In this document: positions 56,889 to 64,000 of the stretch, in pieces
Numbering within the stretch: the first letter of the stretch is position 1
Layout: every line of letters begins with the position of its first letter
Assembly: GCA_044346705.1 (NCBI GenBank)
Contig: JBIIYP010000003.1
Coordinates: 37,714-101,713 of the forward strand
Source of the DNA: Flavobacteriales bacterium
GTDB taxonomy: Bacteria; Bacteroidota; Bacteroidia; Flavobacteriales_F; PHOS-HE28
DNA: 64,000 nt
Direction: 5' to 3'
Program-made: the position numbers and the translations under genes
The notes under the pieces: generated by a model
Seen by the model: the letters and a program-made list of their open reading frames with translations, nothing else
Told to the model about the DNA's origin: nothing
Databases searched by the model: none

Positions 56889-58424
56889 ATGTCCGTAAGA
56901 GTCCGTTTCGCTCCCAGCCCCACCGGCCCCCTGCACATGGGCGGTGTGCGCACTGCCCTGTACAACTTCCTCTTCGCCCGCAAGCACGGGGGGCAGTTCC
57001 TGCTGCGCATCGAGGACACCGACCAGGAACGCTTCGTTCCAGGGGCGGAGCAATACATCAAGGAAAGCTTGGAGTGGTGTGGTCTTGTACCGGATGAAAG
57101 TCCTTGGGTGGGCGGCCCGGATGGGCCTTACCGCCAGAGCGACCGCAAGGCCATGTACAAGCAGTACGCCGATGAACTGATCGCGAACGACAAGGCCTAC
57201 TACGCCTTCGACACGAAGGAAGAACTGGACGCCATGCGCGAGCGCCTGCAGGCTGCGGGTGTCGCCGCCCCGGCCTACAACGCGGTGACGCGAGAGCACA
57301 TGAAGAACGCCCTCACGCTGGGTGCGGATGAAGTGAAGGAGCGACTTGCACGCGGGGATCAGTACGTGATCCGCCTGAAGGTACCCCGCCATGTAGAGGT
57401 GCGCTTTGAGGACATCATCCGGGGCTGGGTGGTGGTGCACAGCGCCAACATCGACGACAAGGTGCTGTTCAAGAGCGACGGCATGCCCACCTATCACCTG
57501 GCCAACATCGTGGACGACCACCTGATGCGCATCACCCACGTGATCCGCGGGGAGGAGTGGTTGCCCAGCGCGCCGCTGCATGTGCTGATCTACGAGGCCT
57601 TCGGTTGGGAGCGCCCGCAGTTCGCGCACCTGCCCCTGATCCTGAAGCCCGACGGCAACGGCAAGCTGAGCAAGCGCGATGGCGACCGCCTCGGTTTCCC
57701 GGTCTTCTCCCTGGATTGGCAGGACCCCACGAGCGGCGAGAAGAGCAGCGGGTACCGCGAGCGCGGCTACTACCCCGAGGCCTTCATCAACATGCTGGCC
57801 CTGTTGGGCTGGAACCCCGGCACCGACCAGGAGATCATGAGCATGGAGGAGCTCACCAAGCTCTTTGACCTGGAGCGCGTGCATAAAGGCGGAGCCAAGT
57901 TCGATCCGGAGAAGACCAAGTGGTTCAACCAACAATACCTGCGCATGCGTCCGGACGCCGAGCTGGGCGCACAGTTGCAGGTGAAGCTGAAGACCAAGGG
58001 CATCGACACCACCGTGGAGCGCGCCACCGCCGCCGCGGTTCTGCTGAAGGAGCGCGCTACCTTCGTGGATGACATGCTTGAGGGCACCTACCTGTTCACC
58101 AGTGGCTCACCGTTGAAGGACAACGCGGAGGCCGAAGCGGAACTGAAGAAGCGCTGGAAGACGGAAGCCGCACCGGTCATCGAGGCCTACATCGGCAAGC
58201 TGAGCGACACGTCCGCGCTCGATCCCGCATCGCTTGAAGCCGCGTTCAACGAGGTGCTTGGCGCGCTGGGCATGAAGATCGGACAGGTGATGCCGCTGTA
58301 CCGCCTCTTCGTGGCCGGCCGCATGCAAGGTCCGGGCATGTTCGACGTGAGCGCGTTGTTGGGCCGTGACGAAGTGGTGCTGCGCCTGAAGGCGGGTCTT
58401 GATCACTGCCGCGCATGGGCCTGA
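56889..58424 (+). CDS. gltX: Glutamate--tRNA ligase
   Basis: RFAPSPTGPLHMGG, LRIEDTD, THVIRGEEW and KLSKR. Confidence 0.98.
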   Translation: MSVRVRFAPSPTGPLHMGGVRTALYNFLFARKHGGQFLLRIEDTDQERFVPGAEQYIKESLEWCGLVPDESPWVGGPDGPYRQSDRKAMYKQYADELIANDKAYYAFDTKEELDAMRERLQAAGVAAPAYNAVTREHMKNALTLGADEVKERLARGDQYVIRLKVPRHVEVRFEDIIRGWVVVHSANIDDKVLFKSDGMPTYHLANIVDDHLMRITHVIRGEEWLPSAPLHVLIYEAFGWERPQFAHLPLILKPDGNGKLSKRDGDRLGFPVFSLDWQDPTSGEKSSGYRERGYYPEAFINMLALLGWNPGTDQEIMSMEELTKLFDLERVHKGGAKFDPEKTKWFNQQYLRMRPDAELGAQLQVKLKTKGIDTTVERATAAAVLLKERATFVDDMLEGTYLFTSGSPLKDNAEAEAELKKRWKTEAAPVIEAYIGKLSDTSALDPASLEAAFNEVLGALGMKIGQVMPLYRLFVAGRMQGPGMFDVSALLGRDEVVLRLKAGLDHCRAWA

Positions 58425-58765
58425 TCGAGGTGAACGGCATCCGGGTCTTCGCCTACCATGGCTGCCTGGAGGAGGAAAGCCGGATCGGCGGGCACTACCG
58501 GGTTGACATTGCCGTGGAAGGGGACTTTTCCAACGCCGAGGCCACCGACAAGCTCACCGACACCATCGACTACGGCCGTGTGACGACCCTTGTGAAAGAG
58601 CAGATGTCCCAACGCAGCCACTTGATCGAGCATGTGGTGCGCAGGATCCTGGATGCGCTGAAGGCTGAATGGACCGGCGCCTATCGTTGGCGCGTGCGCC
58701 TGGTGAAGGAACATCCCCCCGTGGCCGGCGCGGTGGATCACGTGGTCTACGTGCTTGAAGGCTGA
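58415..58765 (+). CDS. folB: Dihydroneopterin aldolase
   Basis: AYHGCLEEE, DTIDY, LIEHV and KEHPP. Confidence 0.94.
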   Translation: MGLIEVNGIRVFAYHGCLEEESRIGGHYRVDIAVEGDFSNAEATDKLTDTIDYGRVTTLVKEQMSQRSHLIEHVVRRILDALKAEWTGAYRWRVRLVKEHPPVAGAVDHVVYVLEG

Positions 58766-58829
58766 CCGACCTGCTTGAAAGGCCATTTCCGGGGATGGTC
58801 CGTTCCCTTATCTTCGCATCCCATTTGAC

Positions 58830-58900
58830 GGTCGCGTGGCCGAGTGGCTAGGCACAGCTCTGCAAAAGCTGCTACTGCGGTTCGAATCCGCACGCGACCT
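58830..58900 (+). tRNA. tRNA-Cys(GCA)
   Basis: GGTCGCGTGGCCGAGTGGCTAGGCACAGCTCT-GCA-AAAGCTGCTACTGCGGTTCGAATCCGCACGCGACCT; cloverleaf with U discriminator. Confidence 0.96.
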
Positions 58901-58906
58901 CGATCA

Positions 58907-58938
58907 GCGGACGCCCCGGCAACGGGGCGTCCGCATTT
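58907..58938 (+). terminator. Terminator-like hairpin after tRNA-Cys
   Basis: GCGGACGCCCCG-GCAA-CGGGGCGTCCGC-ATTT. Confidence 0.75.
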
Positions 58939-59051
58939 GATCAGGGTCGGGACGGCCAAGCTCGCTTGGACCGGAACGAGCATGATCAAATGCACCCCGG
59001 CACAGCCGGGGTGGCTAATGATCGGACGGCTCCCCCTTCGGATGCCGGGCC

Positions 59052-59072
59052 ATCCGCACGCGACCTCGATCA
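59052..59072 (+). repeat. 21-bp direct repeat of the tRNA-Cys 3' end (att-like)
   Basis: ATCCGCACGCGACCTCGATCA is identical to 58886-58906. Confidence 0.9.
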
Positions 59073-59272
59073 CCGAATGCCCGGGTCCTTCGGGGCATCT
59101 CGCTTTTCGGCATGGCGGAGCGGCCAGGGGTGCTTGCGCGGGACCTGAGGAGAAGGGTGACATTTCCAGCGGAAGGCGCCCCGGTCATCGGCATCTTGCG
59201 CCCCGGTCCTACCTTGCGCATGACAACGATCAGGCGGGCTGTGCGTTATGGCAAGGTCCGTATCCGAACCCC

Positions 59273-61624
59273 ATGCCCATCCGCTCCCTTCTTTTCATTT
59301 TCCTCGCCCTTGCGCTGACCTCCAAGGTCAGTGGACAGGTCGCCATCGGCCAATGGCGGGACCACTTCCCCTATAACAAGGCCATCGCCGTGGTCACGGA
59401 TGACCAGTCCCGCGCGTATTGTGCCACGCGTGCGGCCATTTTCCGCTACGATCCGGCCAATGGGGAGATCCAGCGGATGACCAAGGTGAACCTGTTGAGC
59501 GATGTGAACATCAGCACCCTTGCATGGAATACGGCGCTGCAGGGCTTGGTGGTGGGTTACGAGAACGGGAACCTGGACCTGGTGGTCGGCGAGAAACGAC
59601 AGAACCTCAGCGATATCCGGCGCAGCAGCATCATCGGTGACAAGGGGATCTACCGCATCACCTTTGAAGGTACCACGGCCTATCTGAGCTGTGGCTTCGG
59701 GATCGTGGTCGTTGACCTGGTGGCTCTGGAAGTGCGGGAGACCTGGCTTATCGGGCCCGGAGGGTCCCAGCTCCAGATCAACGACCTGGTCTTCCACAAC
59801 GACAGCATCTTCGCTGCCACCGAGAACGGCTTGTACGCCGCCTGGCGGAACGAGCTCAACCTGGCCGCCTTCACCAACTGGACCAAGCGAACGGACATTC
59901 CCCAGCCCAATGGCCGGTTCTCGGCGGTGGCCAGTTTCGGAGGGCGCCTGCTGGTGAACCAGCGAACAGCCGCGGATGAGGGCGACACCTTATTCCTGTA
60001 CAATGGGGCGTGGCAGCGGTTCACGGAGCTCTTCGGACAGCGTAACCAGAACTGGAACGTGAGCGCCGATGGGCAGTTCGTGGTGGTGACGCACAAGTAC
60101 AACGTGCAGGTCTACAACACCAGCATGGTGGAGACCAACAACTACGGAGGGTATGGAGGCGCGGTCGGCGCGTTCCCTGCCGAGGCGGTCCGTACCATCA
60201 ACGGGTATTGCTGGATCGCTGACACGCAACTGGGATTGGTGCGGAGCGACAACACCGCCTTGAACTTCACGCCCGGTGGCCCGACCAACGTCAATGCCTA
60301 CCGGATGGATGCATCAGGAGGCGCACTTTATGTGGCGACCGGGGCCGTGGCGGGGAACTGGAGCAACCAGTTCCTGAAGGACGGCGTGCACAGCTATGTG
60401 GATGGCGACTGGCGGACCACCAACAAGTTCAACGATGGGCTCTATGAGACCGGCGTGAACACCTTCGGGGGTACCGTGAACGACATCATGGCCGTGGCGG
60501 TGGACCCCAATGACCCGGACCATGTGTTCGTCGGGTCATGGGACGATGGGTTGCTGGAGTTCCGGGGTCGGCAGGTGGAGACCATTTACTACGCCACCAA
60601 CAGCACCTTGGGCTACGAGACCACCACGGGTACCACCAAGGTGAACGTTGCAGGCCTGGACTTTGATAAGGACGGCAACCTCTGGATCAGCAACGGCAAT
60701 GCGGATGCTCCCATCAGCGTGCGCACCAGCACGGGCAGCTGGAGGGCCTATGATCCGGGATCGGTATTGGCCAACAACAACCTGCTGAGCGATATCCTGG
60801 CCGCCGACAACGGATTGAAGTGGGTGCTCCGTCCACGGAGCAACGGCATGCTCGTGTTCAATGACAATGGAACGATCACGGACCCGAGTGACGACCAATA
60901 CAAGGTGCTGAACACCTTCGAAGGCCAGGGTGAATTGCCCTCCCTGGACGTGTTCTCGGTGGCACAGGACAAGGACAACGAGATCTGGATCGGCACCGGC
61001 AAGGGGGTCGCCGTGTTCTATAATCCCGACGCGGTGTTCAGCGGGGACAACTTCGATTGTCAGCAGATCCTGATCGAACAGGACGGGAACGTGCAGATCC
61101 TGCTGGAGACCGAAGCCGTGAGCGCCATCGTTGTGGACGGGGCCAACCGGAAGTGGCTGGGCACACAGAGCAGTGGCGCTTACCTGGTCTCCGATGATGG
61201 TACGGAACAGGTCCTTCACTTCACGATGGAGAACAGTCCGCTACCCAGCAACAATGTGCTCAGCATCGCGATCGATGGCATCACCGGAGAGGTGTATTTC
61301 GGCACGGACCAGGGCATCATGAGCTACCGCAGTGATGCGAACGAAGGGGCGCTGGACAGCGATTGTGCCTCGGTGTTCCCCAATCCTGTGCGAGAGACCT
61401 ACAGCGGCCCTGTGGCGATCACGGGACTGGTGCGCGATAGCGACGTGCGCATCACCGACGTGGCCGGCAATCTTGTTTACCGGGCGCGGTCCTTGGGCGG
61501 ACAGGCGATCTGGCCAGCGACGAACATGAACGGTGAACGGGTGAGCACCGGCGTGTACCTGATCTTCGCCAGTGATGACACCGGCGAGTTCAAGTGCAAC
61601 ACCAAGGTGCTGGTGGTGCGCTGA
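59273..61624 (+). CDS. porZ: T9SS component PorZ (beta-propellers plus CTD)
   Basis: IGQWRDHFPY, two-component-propeller repeats, VDGANRKWLGT and VFPNPVR...GVYLIF CTD; directly upstream of recO. Confidence 0.87.
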   Translation: MPIRSLLFIFLALALTSKVSGQVAIGQWRDHFPYNKAIAVVTDDQSRAYCATRAAIFRYDPANGEIQRMTKVNLLSDVNISTLAWNTALQGLVVGYENGNLDLVVGEKRQNLSDIRRSSIIGDKGIYRITFEGTTAYLSCGFGIVVVDLVALEVRETWLIGPGGSQLQINDLVFHNDSIFAATENGLYAAWRNELNLAAFTNWTKRTDIPQPNGRFSAVASFGGRLLVNQRTAADEGDTLFLYNGAWQRFTELFGQRNQNWNVSADGQFVVVTHKYNVQVYNTSMVETNNYGGYGGAVGAFPAEAVRTINGYCWIADTQLGLVRSDNTALNFTPGGPTNVNAYRMDASGGALYVATGAVAGNWSNQFLKDGVHSYVDGDWRTTNKFNDGLYETGVNTFGGTVNDIMAVAVDPNDPDHVFVGSWDDGLLEFRGRQVETIYYATNSTLGYETTTGTTKVNVAGLDFDKDGNLWISNGNADAPISVRTSTGSWRAYDPGSVLANNNLLSDILAADNGLKWVLRPRSNGMLVFNDNGTITDPSDDQYKVLNTFEGQGELPSLDVFSVAQDKDNEIWIGTGKGVAVFYNPDAVFSGDNFDCQQILIEQDGNVQILLETEAVSAIVVDGANRKWLGTQSSGAYLVSDDGTEQVLHFTMENSPLPSNNVLSIAIDGITGEVYFGTDQGIMSYRSDANEGALDSDCASVFPNPVRETYSGPVAITGLVRDSDVRITDVAGNLVYRARSLGGQAIWPATNMNGERVSTGVYLIFASDDTGEFKCNTKVLVVR

Positions 61625-61636
61625 ACCGCTTCAAAC

Positions 61637-62347
61637 ATGTTGCAGACCACCCGCGCCATCGTGCTCCGGACCATCCGGCACGGGGACCGGGGCATTGTCC
61701 TGAAGGCCTTCACCGAGGCGTTCGGCCTGCGCAGCTACATGGTGCGCACGGGCGGCAAGGGACCCTCGCGCATGGCCGCACTTCAGCCGTTGTCGCGTGT
61801 GGAGCTCGTGGTGACGGAAAGCGCCGATCGTGACCTCCATCAAGTGCGTGAGGTGCGTGTGGAGCGGCCGTACACGAACCTCTCCACGGATGCCTTGCGA
61901 AGCACGGTGGCGCTCTTCGTTCAGGAACTGCTGGTCCGTGTGCTGCGCGAGGAATCGGCGGACCCCGCGTTGTTCGACTTCCTGCAGGAGGCGCTGGAAT
62001 CCCTGGACACGGCAGCGGACCTTTCCCATTATCCCCTGTTGCTGCTGGTGGAGCTGAGCCGGCACATGGGCATCGACCCGGAATATCCGGAGCCGGGGGC
62101 GGATCATTTCGACCTGCGCGAAGGCCGCTTTGTAACGGCGGTCCAGGCACATGGCCATGTCATCGGGCCACCCCACAGCCTTGCCTTGGCCGAGCTGCTC
62201 CAAGCCGGCCCGGAAGCCCGCGATCTGCGCATCCCCGGTGCGGTACGGCGGGCCTTGTTGGACCACCTCCTGCTCTACTACCGAATGCACCTGGAGGGCC
62301 TGGGAGAGCTTCGATCACCGGCCGTACTGCACCAAGTGTTCGGTTAG
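61637..62347 (+). CDS. recO: DNA repair protein RecO
   Basis: TRAIVLRTIRHGD, FTEAFG, LQPLS, FDLREGRF and YYRMH. Confidence 0.92.
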   Translation: MLQTTRAIVLRTIRHGDRGIVLKAFTEAFGLRSYMVRTGGKGPSRMAALQPLSRVELVVTESADRDLHQVREVRVERPYTNLSTDALRSTVALFVQELLVRVLREESADPALFDFLQEALESLDTAADLSHYPLLLLVELSRHMGIDPEYPEPGADHFDLREGRFVTAVQAHGHVIGPPHSLALAELLQAGPEARDLRIPGAVRRALLDHLLLYYRMHLEGLGELRSPAVLHQVFG

Positions 62348-62421
62348 GGGCCACCTGCGCCGAGTAACTTGCGCCCACCGCGCCGAACGTGTCCGGAACC
62401 GGACACGGACCGACCCTTCGA

Positions 62422-64000
62422 ATGAGCACCCTCACAACGCCCAAGGCCCCCGTGGCCGCAACGGAACCGCACTCGATCACCGCTCACGGGCACACCCGCA
62501 ACGACCCTTATTTCTGGATGCGCCTGAGCGAGGCCCAGCGGGAGGCCGAGGTTCCGGACGCCCATACGCAACGCGTCGTCGACCACCTCAAGGCCGAGAA
62601 CGCCCACGCGGAGGAGCTGCTCGGACCGGTGAAGGAGCTGCGCGAAACGCTCTTTGCGGAGATGAAGGGCCGCATCAAGGAAACCGACATGAGCGTGCCC
62701 TATCGCGAGAACGGGTACTGGTACAGCTACCGTTACGAGGCGGGCCATGAATACCCGGTGCACATGCGCACCCCGGCTGCGCCCGGAGAGGAGGACATCC
62801 CACCCCAGGAGCGCTTCACCGACTTTCTCGACGAGAACCTGATGGCCCAGGGGCACGACTACTTCGATCTGGGCGACTACGAGATCTCACCGGGGAACCG
62901 CTTGGTGGCCTACAGTGTGGACACCGTGAGCCGCCGGCAGTACGAAGTCCGCTTCCGGGACCTGGAGACCGGACAGGAGCTGCCCGACGTGATCACACGG
63001 ACCAGTGGTGGTGGCGCTTTCGCCGATGAGAAGACCTTCTTCTACAGTCGCAAGGACCGCACCTTGCGGAGCTACAAGATCTTCCGGCACGTGCTGGGCA
63101 CGGACCCGGAAACGGATGTGGAGGTGTTCCATGAGAAGGACAACGCCTTCAGTTGCGATGTGTACCGCAGCCGCAGCGACGCCTACCTCATCATCGCCAC
63201 GGACAGCACCATGAGCAGCGAGCATTGGTTGCTGCCGGTGGCCGATCCGATGGGCGCTTTCGCCGTGTTCCTGCCGCGTGAAGCGGAGCACGAGCACAGC
63301 ATCCTCCACGGACCGGACGGCTTCCTCATCCTCACCAACTGGGAGGCGAAGAATTTCCGCCTGATGCATTGTGCGGAGGCGGACCACGCGGACCGCAGCA
63401 AGTGGACCGAAGTGATCCCGCACCGCGAGGACGTGCTGCTCGAGGACATCGACCTGTTCAAGGACCACCTGGTGATCAGTGAGCGCCGGGAGGGGCTGAC
63501 CCACCTGCGCATCCGCAGGCTCAGCACCGGTGCCGAGCACGAGATCCGCTTCCACGACCCCGCCTACGTGGCCTCCTCGGGCACGAATCCGGAGTGGGAC
63601 ACGCACCGCTTCCGTTACGGCTACACCTCGCTCACCACGCCGAACACGGTGTACGAGCACGACATGGACACGGCCACCGACAAGCTGCTGAAGCAACAGG
63701 AGGTGGTCGGAGTGTTCAATGCGGAGAACTACACCAGCGAGCGCGTGTGGGTGACGGCGCGGGATGGTGCGCGGGTGCCGTTGAGCATCGTGCACCATAA
63801 GGACACCCCGTTGAACGGTAGTGCGCCCCTGCTCCTCTATGGCTATGGCAGTTACGGGATCAACGTGGAGCCCACCTTCAGCATCGCTCGCCTGAGCCTG
63901 CTGGACCGCGGGTTCGTGTTCGCCATCGCGCACATCCGTGGTGGCGAGGACCTGGGCCGCACTTGGTACGAGCAGGGCCGCATGGAGCACAAGCTCAACA
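62422..64000 (+). CDS. ptrB: Oligopeptidase B (S9A), 3' end outside the window
   Basis: Manual translation: MSTLTTPKAP...HGHTRNDPYFWMR...RIKETDMSVPY...LLYGYGSYG...LLDRGFVFAIAHIRGG. Confidence 0.92.
   Translation, partial: MSTLTTPKAPVAATEPHSITAHGHTRNDPYFWMRLSEAQREAEVPDAHTQRVVDHLKAENAHAEELLGPVKELRETLFAEMKGRIKETDMSVPYRENGYWYSYRYEAGHEYPVHMRTPAAPGEEDIPPQERFTDFLDENLMAQGHDYFDLGDYEISPGNRLVAYSVDTVSRRQYEVRFRDLETGQELPDVITRTSGGGAFADEKTFFYSRKDRTLRSYKIFRHVLGTDPETDVEVFHEKDNAFSCDVYRSRSDAYLIIATDSTMSSEHWLLPVADPMGAFAVFLPREAEHEHSILHGPDGFLILTNWEAKNFRLMHCAEADHADRSKWTEVIPHREDVLLEDIDLFKDHLVISERREGLTHLRIRRLSTGAEHEIRFHDPAYVASSGTNPEWDTHRFRYGYTSLTTPNTVYEHDMDTATDKLLKQQEVVGVFNAENYTSERVWVTARDGARVPLSIVHHKDTPLNGSAPLLLYGYGSYGINVEPTFSIARLSLLDRGFVFAIAHIRGGEDLGRTWYEQGRMEHKLN

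Noticed and set aside
58844-59272. N-terminal extension of the 926-aa porZ ORF
   Set aside because: It runs through the tRNA and its terminator; the signal peptide starts at ATG 59273.

Overview
Core chromosomal segment of a high-GC Bacteroidota, probably Flavobacteriales-like. The assignment rests on porZ and a T9SS cargo gene, TAnnTTTG promoters, and gene orders such as acpP-fabF-rnc-pyk, prs-rplY-pth, gltX-folB and porZ-recO. About 58 genes and two tRNAs (Asn, Cys) are recognisable. I found no CRISPR array, transposase or integrase. The window looks origin-proximal: three parS palindromes lie in or next to mnmG, and a gene-free, GATC-dense segment at about 33.15-33.78 kb with DnaA-box-like words is a candidate oriC. 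The best lead for an undescribed system is a gap-free conserved promoter module, carrying four direct repeats at exact 10-bp spacing, upstream of both short tail-less ssb paralogues. Other leads are two long hairpins built from 7-mer repeats, a tRNA-Cys 3'-end duplication resembling an att scar, a YfiR-TPR-PP2C signalling operon, a lower-GC DUF4291 two-gene islet, a haloperoxidase-like plus JmjC insert, and a decayed deiodinase-like gene. All calls come from reading the sequence and ORF translations; no searches were run.
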